From the IMG/VR virus record IMGVR_UViG_3300024991_000018: a stretch of DNA of 64,000 bases. One strand, given 5' to 3'. Shown one piece after another: positions 37,087 through 46,737 of this stretch (positions are counted from its first letter, which is position 1; the number at the start of each line of letters is the position of its first letter). The DNA is from a virus. The notes beneath the pieces were generated by a model. The model was given only the letters and a program-made list of their open reading frames with translations. It did not search any database and was not told the DNA's origin. The translations under genes were made by a program, and so were the position numbers.

Positions 37087-37234
37087 TTTTTTTTATAATT
37101 TATAATTTAAAATATTTATAACTTTCTACATTATAAAATTGTATAATATACATTCTGATATTTTTCACAACAATATACACAATCTAATCTTTTACGTTAA
37201 CTGAAACAATTATTAAAAATTTTATGTTTAAAAA

Positions 37235-38683
37235 ATGTTGAATTTATATAGCAAATATTACAATTTAGACATTACAGTTAGATGTTCCACAGTGATTGGT
37301 AATATTTTATATGTTGTTATCACTGAGGGTGTAGTAGCAGAATCTGTAAGGTTGATACGAATAGATTTGACAAGAATGATTGAAATTGATTCATATACTA
37401 TTAATTATAAACCTGACGATAATAACTCTATCTATAAAATTTTCGGTGATAAACTATATTGTCATTCTGTTTATGATGAATATATAGATGATTTATATAT
37501 ATTTAATATAAAAACATTAAAAGAATCACGTATTACAATTGAAAATTTAAGAGGCGTTGTTGAACTCGGAGGTAAAATTTATTATATTAGATATATATAT
37601 AAAAGCTATAATGAAGATGAGGATGATGAAGATGAAGATAATGGATACTGTTTATTTGATATACAAACGGATAGGAGAATATTATTAGTAATCGATGATG
37701 ATGATGATACATATTTTGAAAATGATGTATTACATTTATCGCTTGATGATGATGATGATGTATTACATTTATCATTTAATATAAACAATAGTGTTGGAAT
37801 TTATTCAACTGGTAACTATTTAATATTTATGACACATTATGATACTCTTGTGTATTTTGATATTGGTAGCGGAATGTTGTTTGAACGGGACATGGAAAGC
37901 AATAGAGAGATAAATACAAATATAGGTAAAAATAGTAGAGAAGATATTCTTAGGCCGAGGGGTGATAAATATCCTGTTAATTTAGGATCCGGATATCGTG
38001 ATATAGGTAATAATAAAATCTTTAAAGGTCGTATGATATATGATTACAAAAAATACATGAGAGAAACGACTAATTTAAACATAGTGGGTAGTTTTAAATA
38101 TGGAGGACACGATTATTACATACATACTACTCAAAATAATAGAGTTATCAACATTGATATTGATATAAAACCAACTGTAAATAATATACCTATTAAAGCG
38201 GGATACCCACAATATATTACTATAGGTTCAAAATCATATAATGTTCAGGTTCCGTTATCATCTGTATATGGAAGAAGTCAATATATACAAGACATGGTAA
38301 ATATTTCCGATGGTACTGTGAGTGAATTTATAAATGACAACCACAAGAACATGAAATTATATTTGTATTATTTAGATGGTAAAAATTTAAATATTGACGA
38401 GTTGGATAAGATATACAAAATTGCTAGTTTAATGCTGGATACGAACATGGAATATTTAACATATGTAATTCTCAACCATGTTAAAAATTTTGATTTGAGT
38501 ATTGATGATGCTTGGATATTTTTAGAACTTCTTTATAACGATAATATTCACAAGAAATTTGAGACACTAATGTACATTATTTTCAAAAAGTATGACAGAG
38601 AAGATTTTATAAGTAAGATTACTAATATCAATGAAATGAATAATGTTATTTTCTTAGATCTAATAAGAACACGTGTTATGTAA
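37235..38683 (+). CDS. Tandem paralog family member 9
   Basis: Same family motifs; short internal duplication DVLHLSLDDDDDVLHLSF; very similar to member 10. Confidence 0.85.
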   Translation: MLNLYSKYYNLDITVRCSTVIGNILYVVITEGVVAESVRLIRIDLTRMIEIDSYTINYKPDDNNSIYKIFGDKLYCHSVYDEYIDDLYIFNIKTLKESRITIENLRGVVELGGKIYYIRYIYKSYNEDEDDEDEDNGYCLFDIQTDRRILLVIDDDDDTYFENDVLHLSLDDDDDVLHLSFNINNSVGIYSTGNYLIFMTHYDTLVYFDIGSGMLFERDMESNREINTNIGKNSREDILRPRGDKYPVNLGSGYRDIGNNKIFKGRMIYDYKKYMRETTNLNIVGSFKYGGHDYYIHTTQNNRVINIDIDIKPTVNNIPIKAGYPQYITIGSKSYNVQVPLSSVYGRSQYIQDMVNISDGTVSEFINDNHKNMKLYLYYLDGKNLNIDELDKIYKIASLMLDTNMEYLTYVILNHVKNFDLSIDDAWIFLELLYNDNIHKKFETLMYIIFKKYDREDFISKITNINEMNNVIFLDLIRTRVM

Positions 38684-39004
38684 TATATTTGTCGACAATA
38701 TAAATCAATGATTTATATTAATATATATCCATTTAGCAGTTAAAAAAATACATCAGTATATACATCAATGATATCAACGTAAAGTTCCTTAAGAATTGGA
38801 TACATCCAATTCTCCCCAGTATCGAAAGTATCGAAATGAAAATTTCAAGATTATTCCATCTTGACATTTTTCAATAAAATTGATATCGTTCGATACCTTG
38901 AGAATACTAGACTACGTCTAGTGTTTTTGAGGAACCTTAGTCATCTCATATATATCAAAAGAAAAAGACAGGTTATTTAGATTACCAAATTAATGAACAA
39001 GCCA

Positions 39005-39452
39005 GCAAATAATTCAATAAATTATTCATGTTATATCAAAATATTTGTTCAAACTAACTATTTTATTCATACCAGTCAGAATGTGTGAGAACGACATTTT
39101 GTTAAAGAGTACAGGACGAGCAACGGGGGGAGTCTGTATCCTTTAACAAAGATGGAGTTATGAGTCAAATAAATGGATAGTTGAGGTTAATCAATAAACA
39201 AACTTTGTGAATTAACATATGTTTAATAATTATTACAAATAATTCATTGTATTTGAAAATATATATGATATATCACAACATTTGTTCACTTAGACCACTT
39301 TATCCATACTAGTCAGCATGCGTACGAACGGCATCTTTGCTGATGAGTACAGAACGACCGACAGGGAGTCTGTATCCGTCAGTAAAGATGGTGTTACGAG
39401 TCGAATAAATGGATACTGTCTGTCAGTTTATGAACAACCCTTGTGGGTTTAC
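39005..39452. ncRNA. Two tandem copies (237-bp period) of a covarying long-hairpin element, candidate structured RNA or ssDNA signal (family S)
   Basis: CATCTTTGCTGATGAGTACAGA..TCTGTATCCGTCAGTAAAGATG vs CATTTTGTTAAAGAGTACAGG..TCTGTATCCTTTAACAAAGATG: arms change together; outer stems TATCCAT/ATGGATA and TTGTTCA/TGAACAA. Confidence 0.55.
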
Positions 39453-39588
39453 AATAATCATAAATCTATATGATATGTACATGTATTATTAAGAAAATAA
39501 TATTTATGATTTGCATAATAACATATTATAGTAGAAAATATATCAAATTTTGTAAAAGATAATTCTTAATTAAAAAATTTTTAACAAT

Positions 39589-39596
39589 AAAATTGA
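39589..39596 (+). promoter_or_regulatory. AAAATTGA motif about 30 bp upstream of the Fanzor ATG
   Basis: Exact octamer in an A-rich leader. Confidence 0.45.
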
Positions 39597-39627
39597 CAAA
39601 AAAAAATTAAAAAAAAATAAAAAAAAA

Positions 39628-42189
39628 ATGTCCACGACGGTCAAAAAACCTCCTGATTATGTTTCTAGGAAGATCCCACTAGATAAAATATTATATTGTC
39701 AATCGATAGTGTCATATGAAACAGTAGAACATAAATCTAAGAATCTTCAGACTAAATACGGTAATATCCCTCAAGAAAGTATTAACAACACGATACAAGA
39801 TGTAGTTGAAAGGGCTCACATTATTATGTTTCATTTATCTCATTTTCTTAAACTGTATCTATGTCATTTAGATTCTTTGAATGAAATTTTCCCAATAATA
39901 AATGAAAAATTTCTTCATAATATGATGTATGCTATAACATATGTAGATGATGCTGCAAAAAGTCATTTGGTAGAAGAAAATTTAACTGTGGTAAATAAAT
40001 TATCAGTTTTTTATGAGGATCATTATAAATGTTTTTTAAGTGGAAAAATATCTAGATCGGGAATATTTGCAGTTTTAGATTCTCAGATTGAACAATATGT
40101 AACCAATTTATCCAACAACATCCATGCCCATTACTGGATGAGATTGAAACAATGTTTAAATTTGGAATTTAAAATAAGTGAGAAAAGAGAGAAGATAAAT
40201 CTACAATATACCGACGTTAATAAGAGAAGGGAGTTAAAAACAAAACTAACAATACAGACAAATACTATCCAGGACTCTTTGTTAAAAAATAATTTTAATA
40301 TTAACGATAAAGAAATAAAAGAGGCCTTCGATATCGATGAAACGAAAATGAGAGCTTTATCTGACAAATTTAAAATTCCAATTTTCTCAGAATTCATGGC
40401 GAGGGACATAGAAGAAAAAAAGTATTTGTACAATCTGAAAAAGGAAAGAAAAGAAAGACCTAAATATGTTATTAAACAAGAGGAAAAAATAGAAAATTTG
40501 GAGAATAAAATTAATAAGAAGGCTAACGAACCCTTAAAGAAAAAAACTCCCAAAGGAAGAGAGAATGAATATCTAAGAAAAGAGGAAGAATTGATAGAAT
40601 TACGTATTAAATTAGAAGATGAAAAAGAAAAATTGGAACTTCTAGAGGAAAAAGCAGGATTAAATGTAGTAAAGGATCTTGTTATCAAAGATGATATATA
40701 CAACTATAAATGGCAATTTGACAATAATCCCACTCTTTATTTGCAAAGTTTTTTCAGATTGAACAACTACCTCAGTTTTGATAATGACGAAAAAGGAAAA
40801 TTTCATACTGTTCCTTTATGTACATCCGCTATACCACCATATGTAACCTTAACAACAAGTTCTTTATTAGAAATATTTGGAAAAACAGATGGAGATATAA
40901 ATGATAAAGTAGATTACATTATATGGAGAAAATACTTTCATTTATTCAAGGGGGACACTATTGATAGCAAAATGGATTGGTGCTGAGGAAAGAATTTAGA
41001 AGAAAAAATTATCATTTTCACTACATAACAACGGATGGAGTTGGAGCTACTATTCTGTTTAGACATGATAGATTTTTAAGTGGGTATGTACCTAAGAAAG
41101 TAACTGTAAATAAATGTGGTAAACCAAAGACATCAATAGATGATACACCATATCTTCGTGATATAAATTCTAGTATCTACTATTATCATAATAAAGTGGC
41201 TATTGATCCGAACAAAATGGATGTATTGTACTGTACAGATGGTAGACTTGATCCTAAAAATAATAAAAAAGTCAATACGTTTCGCTACACTAAATCACAA
41301 ATAGACTTTGAAACAAAAAGAAAAAGGTATGAAGAAGTAAGGAATATAGCTAAGGATAAATCAGGGATTTCATTAATCGAGAGCAAACTATCAGATGTTA
41401 ACCCAAAATCGACAAAATACGACATCTTTAGGACCTATGTAGAGATAAAAGTGGGCACATTTTCAGAAGAATTATTATCCCATTACAGATATAATAGAAA
41501 ATTTGATGAAAAAGTAGATAATAGTAAAGCTTCATATAGGAAAATGAAAATGAATGTAAAAATAAATACCGAAAGATCTGAAGCAAAAATGTTGAATAAG
41601 TTCGAGGAAAAATTCGGTAACAAAGACGAGGCTATTGTGTGTTTTGGAGATTATGCTCAGGGTCATTTGAGAGGAACAGCTCCAGTTAAGGGAAAAGGCC
41701 TTCGAAAAGTGTTTAAAAAAAGAGGTTACAAAGTCTTTCTTATCAGCGAACACAAAACAAGTAAAATATGTCATAATTGTCATGGTGAGTTAGAGAAATT
41801 CCATAGAAAAGGAGATAGAAAAAAGAAAAAGACCGATTACAAAGTAAGAACATATTCTGAGACTATAGGTTATGTGCATGTCGTCCTCAGGGTGCTTTGG
41901 CACCCCGGTAATAATCAAAGGCGCCTTAAGCGCCTTTTGATTATTCCACCGGTGTAAAAACTGTAATGAAAGAGGGGATCTGTATAATACTGGATGTTTT
42001 GAATATTTAAAGTCTGTTGAAATCAATAAATTTATTAATAAAAAGGCATGGGTCGATGGTAATACATATAAAGTTTGGAACAGAGATCTTAATGCATCGT
42101 TGAACATCCTCATGAAAGCTAAATATGAAATTTTTAAATATTGGATTCCAGACGCCAATTTTCATCAGACATTCAATTCAATTTTTTAG
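39628..42189 (+). pseudogene. Fanzor (eukaryotic/viral TnpB-like RNA-guided RuvC nuclease), split in three by a 1-nt frameshift near 40970 and a 61-bp insertion at 41892-41952; ~830 aa reconstructed
   Basis: ITTDGVGATILF; RuvC-I AIDPN; RuvC-II VFLISEHKTSKICHNC; after removing the insert, VHVVLR-CKNC...WNRDLNASLNI (RuvC-III), with stop TAG at 42187-42189. Confidence 0.9.
41890..41952 (+). mobile_element. GC-rich double-hairpin insertion (family G) in the Fanzor zinc-finger region
   Basis: GGGTGC-TTTG-GCACCC followed by CGGTAATAATCAAAGGCGC-CTTAA-GCGCCTTTTGATTATTCCACCGG; deleting 61 bp (GG at both junctions) restores L-R-C-K-N-C in frame. Confidence 0.85.
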
Positions 42190-42276
42190 GACGTTTAACC
42201 ACGTCCATGTCGTATATGACGTACATCATATAGAAGCGCTGAATCAGCGTTTCTATCTTAATATAAATGAAGCGTG
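42100..42276 (+). ncRNA. Candidate Fanzor omegaRNA (3' scaffold hairpins plus flanking guide); 5' boundary is a guess
   Basis: Three successive hairpins after the stop: GGACGT..ACGTCC (42189-42206), TATGA..TCATA (42215-42230), ATAGAAGCGCTG-AAT-CAGCGTTTCTAT (42230-42256), then an abrupt switch to paralog-family sequence; position matches TnpB/Fanzor omegaRNAs. Confidence 0.55.
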
Positions 42277-42445
42277 GGTATTTTTAGAGATGTTATATAA
42301 TGATAATATATTTAAGAAGTTCGAGACTTTGATGTATATCATATTTAAGAAATTTAATAGAGAAGATTTTATAAGTAAGATTACTAATATCAATGAAATG
42401 AATAATGTTATTTTCTTAGATCTAATAAGAACACGTGTTATGTAA
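42257..42445 (+). pseudogene. C-terminal fragment of a paralog-family gene abutting the Fanzor right end
   Basis: LNINEAWVFLEMLYNDNIFKKFETLMYIIFKK..DLIRTRVM; 42359-42454 is identical to 38597-38692. Confidence 0.85.
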
Positions 42446-42584
42446 TATATTTGTTAAACATAAATCATTGATTTATATTTATTATACAATTTAAAATATA
42501 TATTAAGATACTTTATACATCAATATGCACTATCTAACCATTAATATTGTGAGGATCAATTATTAAAAATTTTATGTTTAAAAA

Positions 42585-43985
42585 ATGTTAAACTTATATA
42601 GCAAATATTACAATTTAGAAATCACAGTTAAATGTTCCACAGTGATAGATGATGTTTTATATGTTGTTACCACTGAAGGTGAAGTAGCTGAATCTGTGAA
42701 GTTAACATTGATTGACATGACAAGGTTGATAGAGATGGCATCATATACTATCAATTACAAACCTAATGATAATATCAGTGCTTACAAATTTTTTGGTGAC
42801 AAATTATATTGTCATCCTTTACATGCAGATGAGTACACGGGGGACATATCAGTATTTGATATAAATACGTTGGAAGAGTCACATAGTATGATTGAAGATT
42901 TAAGAAGTATTATCGAGTTGAAGGGTAAATTATGTTATATTAAATATGTTTATGATGATAACAATGAAGACGAAGATAATAGATATTATTTATGTGATAT
43001 GGATACAGATGATAGAATATTGACAATAATTGATAATGACAATACATCATATTTTGAAAATGGTGTTCTATATTTATCGTTTAACGTAAACTTCATTAAT
43101 GGAATTTACACATCTGACAGCTATCTAATATTTATGACGCATTATAGTACCCTTGTATATTTTGATGTTAATAGTAAATTACTGTTTGAGTGGGATATTA
43201 TGAGAAATAAAGAGTTGAATACAAACATAGGTAAAAATAGCAGAATAGACCCTGTAGTAAGACACTTAAAATATCCTGTTAATACAGGCTCAGATTATCA
43301 TGACATTGGTAATAATAAAATTTTTGAAAAACATACAATACGTGACTACAAAGAATATAAGAACCAAATAACCAATTTAAATATAGCGAATAGTTTCAAA
43401 TATGGTGAACATAATTATTACATACATACTACTAAAAATGACAGGGTTATCAACATTAATATTGATATAAAACCAATTGTAAATAATGTACCTGTACCTG
43501 CAAAATATCCACAATATATCACTATTGGTTCAAAATCATATAATGTTCAGGTTCCGCTATCATTTATATATGGAAGAAGTCAATATATACAAGATATGAT
43601 AAATATTTCCGAAGGTACTGTGAGTGAATTTATAAACGATAATCACAAAAATATGAGATTATATTTATATTATTTAGAAGGTAAAGATTTAAATGTTGAC
43701 AAGCTGGATAAGATATACAAAATTGCTAGTTTAATGTTGGACACGAACATGGAATATTTAACATATGTTATTCTCACCCACGTTAAAAGATTTAATTTGA
43801 GTATTGATGATGCTTGGATATTTTTAGAACTTCTTTATAACGATAATGTTCACAAGAAGTTTGAGACATTAATGTACATTATTTTCAAAAAGTATGACAG
43901 AGAAGATTTTATAAGTAAGATTACTAATATCAATGATATGAATAATATCATCATCTTAGATTTGATTAGAACTCGTGTTATGTAA
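42585..43985 (+). CDS. Tandem paralog family member 10
   Basis: Same family motifs; C-terminal third nearly identical to member 9. Confidence 0.85.
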   Translation: MLNLYSKYYNLEITVKCSTVIDDVLYVVTTEGEVAESVKLTLIDMTRLIEMASYTINYKPNDNISAYKFFGDKLYCHPLHADEYTGDISVFDINTLEESHSMIEDLRSIIELKGKLCYIKYVYDDNNEDEDNRYYLCDMDTDDRILTIIDNDNTSYFENGVLYLSFNVNFINGIYTSDSYLIFMTHYSTLVYFDVNSKLLFEWDIMRNKELNTNIGKNSRIDPVVRHLKYPVNTGSDYHDIGNNKIFEKHTIRDYKEYKNQITNLNIANSFKYGEHNYYIHTTKNDRVININIDIKPIVNNVPVPAKYPQYITIGSKSYNVQVPLSFIYGRSQYIQDMINISEGTVSEFINDNHKNMRLYLYYLEGKDLNVDKLDKIYKIASLMLDTNMEYLTYVILTHVKRFNLSIDDAWIFLELLYNDNVHKKFETLMYIIFKKYDREDFISKITNINDMNNIIILDLIRTRVM

Positions 43986-44042
43986 CATGTTTATTAAACA
44001 TAAATCATTGATTTATATTTAGCAACAGCAAAATTTTATAGT

Positions 44043-45047
44043 TTACATTTCAATCAATCTCAAATATCCAGTGTCGACCAAATTCATCAATAAATAAATA
44101 TCACTCCCATATGATTGGTAAATATCATTTTTGATTTTTACATATTCATCTGTATTAATGTAACTTTCATATATATTTTTAAATCCTTTATCTTCCATAT
44201 AACATTTATCAAAGTTGTAACCAAATGATATAAATATTTTAAATATATCCAGATATTCATCACAATATAATCTAATTTTTGAATTCAGAAAGCAATAATA
44301 AAATCCCATACTCATATGGTAATTCTCAATTCTTTTATTTATCAGATACTTAACTATGTCTTTCCTCCCATATTTACATGCATAAATAAAACCCGATACA
44401 ATTTTATTATTTTTACAAAAACATGCGTTTATATTTATATTTTCCTTAACGAGAAGTTTTACAATATCGATATATCCATGTTTACATGAGATTATAAATG
44501 ATTTACATAAAATTAAATGTATTTTGTCTTTATTTACAATGTTGTTCATTAAATCATGTTTAAACTTGTTTATCATCATTTCAACTATTTCATTATGTCC
44601 ACAAATACACGCATGTAAAATAGCATTTATCTGGTCATCTACATCTTTACCATATATATTTACATTATTTTTAATTAAAAGTTTTACAACATCCATTTTT
44701 CCATATTTACAGGCTATTATCAATCCTGTTGTCTTAAAAACATTACAATAAGTATTTACATCAATACCCATGTTTAACAACAATTCTAAAATTACATCAA
44801 GTCCATGTCTACATGCATAAACAAAGCTAAAATTAAATAAATCTTTTTCTACATCATATTTAATACCACTTATCTTCTTGATAATGAAATTAGCAAATTT
44901 TGATTTTTCACCATTAACCTTGCCTTTTAAATTTATTGCACTATATATTAATTTTTTACATTCTTGAATATCTCCATTTACAGATTCACGTAATAAAGAT
45001 TTATAAATTTCAGTGAATGTAGCTGATTTGTTCATGGATCCAACCAT
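44043..45047 (-). CDS. Ankyrin-repeat protein
   Basis: Repeats TGLIIACKYGKMDVVKLLI, SFIISCKHGYIDIVKLLV, GFIYACKYGRKDIVKYLI. Confidence 0.93.
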   Translation of the reverse strand: MVGSMNKSATFTEIYKSLLRESVNGDIQECKKLIYSAINLKGKVNGEKSKFANFIIKKISGIKYDVEKDLFNFSFVYACRHGLDVILELLLNMGIDVNTYCNVFKTTGLIIACKYGKMDVVKLLIKNNVNIYGKDVDDQINAILHACICGHNEIVEMMINKFKHDLMNNIVNKDKIHLILCKSFIISCKHGYIDIVKLLVKENININACFCKNNKIVSGFIYACKYGRKDIVKYLINKRIENYHMSMGFYYCFLNSKIRLYCDEYLDIFKIFISFGYNFDKCYMEDKGFKNIYESYINTDEYVKIKNDIYQSYGSDIYLLMNLVDTGYLRLIEM

Positions 45048-45126
45048 TTGTCAAAAAATAACTTTTTTTAATTTAAAATCAAAAATATAATCAATTAACT
45101 AAAACATATATAATTTTTGATATTTA

Positions 45127-45197
45127 TTTTTCATGTGCGGTAGCACATGAAAATTGGATTGTTGCGAATTTCGCGCGCGAAATTCTTGCGACAATTT
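45127..45197 (+). mobile_element. Family E double-hairpin element
   Basis: TTTTCATGTGC-GGTA-GCACATGAAAA followed by ATTGTTGCGAATTTCGCGCGCGAAATTCTTGCGACAAT. Confidence 0.8.
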
Positions 45198-45292
45198 ATT
45201 TATCATTAAATGTAAAATAATATAATGTTGTCATGAATACAGTCAACATCAATTAATTTAATTGATGTTTTTTATGATTGTAATTTTTAATT

Positions 45293-45355
45293 ATTTTATA
45301 TTGTATGAAAATTGAATTGTCGCGAATTTCACGCGCGAAATTCTTGCGACAATTT
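45293..45355 (+). mobile_element. Family E element with eroded first hairpin, abutting the stop codon of ORF 45354
   Basis: ATGAAAATTGAATTGTCGCGAATTTCACGCGCGAAATTCTTGCGACAATTT. Confidence 0.7.
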
Positions 45356-45578
45356 ATTCTAAATGTTTCAATTTACATTTCTTAATTAAATCGTCTATAT
45401 TGTTAAATGATCTATACGCTTCCACACAGTTGATTTTACTGTCATTTGTACATGTGTTTAACACCCGTGCCAATTTTTTCAAAGTGTATCTCAATTCTTC
45501 ATCACATTGATTATTCTGTGGATTGTTTAAAATTGTTCCAGAAATAGAGCTACTATATTCAGATCCCAATATCGCCAT
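45354..45578 (-). CDS. Small hypothetical protein
   Basis: 74-aa ATG ORF with plausible composition, divergent from the next gene. Confidence 0.55.
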   Translation of the reverse strand: MAILGSEYSSSISGTILNNPQNNQCDEELRYTLKKLARVLNTCTNDSKINCVEAYRSFNNIDDLIKKCKLKHLE

Positions 45579-45636
45579 ACTTTTATATTAAAAAATATTA
45601 CAAAAATATCTCATTTTTTTTAACTGATAATTTAAA

Positions 45637-45891
45637 ATGCTTGATTACCAGAATGAGATTGACAAATATAACAGTGTTTTTGTTTACATATTATTATTTT
45701 GTATTGCAATTGGTATTCTGACACTTATAATATCGCTTATATTTAAAAATAAGAGAGATAACATTATAACACTATTATGGATATCTATTATTGTATTTTG
45801 TATTGCTTTTCTAGTATACAGTCTAACATATTTATTCAGACCAGATCATGTTGAATATGTTATGAATAGGTTCACGCACTTCAGAAACTGA
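45637..45891 (+). CDS. Small two-transmembrane protein
   Basis: Two hydrophobic stretches separated by KNKRDN. Confidence 0.7.
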   Translation: MLDYQNEIDKYNSVFVYILLFCIAIGILTLIISLIFKNKRDNIITLLWISIIVFCIAFLVYSLTYLFRPDHVEYVMNRFTHFRN

Positions 45892-45945
45892 ATTAAAAAT
45901 TTATTATTTTTAAGATAAACAAAATTTTGTCAAAAAGATAAAAAT

Positions 45946-46620
45946 ATGGAAAATTTATTGAAGGACAGTATAGTGTCACATGGTGAAAATAATATATTTG
46001 ATATATTCCAAGAAAAGATTGAATATTACCATGAACGGCCATCTCACACAATAGTTGAACTTAAAAGTATTAACACAAAAAGTAAGGGAGATTTATTTGA
46101 AAAATTCTGTAGACGATATTTGGAAGTGGTGTGTAAATATGATTATGTTTATTTGTTGAAAGAATTACCAGACAATATAAGGACACACTTAAACTTAAAC
46201 AAAAATGATTTTGGGATTGACATAGTAGCAATTAAAGACAATTTATTTTATCCTGTTCAGTGCAAATGGAGATCAATTAATAAAAAATATAAATCAATGG
46301 TTACTTGGAAACAGTTGAGCACATTTTATGCTTTATGTTCAAAAACTGGACCTTGGAATAAAAAGATAGTCATGACATGTTGTGATTATGTTAGAAAAAT
46401 TGGTAATAGTAAAGATGAGGTGTGGATCAATAAAGAGAAATTCAGAAAAATTACTATTTCTGAATGGTATACAATGGCCAATATGGAGGAGAAAAAGTTA
46501 AACGATGTTGGTAGCAGTAGTAATGGTGGTAATAGTGGAAGCGGCAACAATGGTAATAGTAATCCACGTCCATCAATAGATGAACTCCGTGAGTTGAGAT
46601 TAAAAGCATTATCTTTATAA
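45946..46620 (+). CDS. Mrr-like PD-(D/E)xK restriction-endonuclease-fold protein
   Basis: GDLFEKFCRRYL, DFGIDIVA, PVQCKWR. Confidence 0.85.
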   Translation: MENLLKDSIVSHGENNIFDIFQEKIEYYHERPSHTIVELKSINTKSKGDLFEKFCRRYLEVVCKYDYVYLLKELPDNIRTHLNLNKNDFGIDIVAIKDNLFYPVQCKWRSINKKYKSMVTWKQLSTFYALCSKTGPWNKKIVMTCCDYVRKIGNSKDEVWINKEKFRKITISEWYTMANMEEKKLNDVGSSSNGGNSGSGNNGNSNPRPSIDELRELRLKALSL

Positions 46621-46737
46621 TATCATAGCTTTATGAATTTTGTAAACAGCATTGCTGTTTATATACATTTTCATTTTCCATTCGTAATTATGTACCAAAA
46701 AAACACAAAAAATAAATTCCCATTTTAAAGCGACACG

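Noticed and set aside
39339..39385. Hammerhead ribozyme suggested by CTGATGAG followed by a stem
   Set aside because: No GAAA after the stem, CTGATGA is itself base-paired, and it is not conserved in the other three copies
40960..40986. Programmed -1 frameshift joining the Fanzor ORFs
   Set aside because: No canonical X XXY YYZ slippery heptamer in the permitted window and no obvious downstream stimulator
41892..41952. Spliceosomal intron in the Fanzor
   Set aside because: It starts with GT but ends in GG rather than AG, and is fully hairpinned; no GT-AG register restores the frame
42125..42445. 106-aa ORF as a real gene
   Set aside because: Chimeric read-through: the first ~44 codons come from the Fanzor end and hairpins, the rest is a paralog fragment
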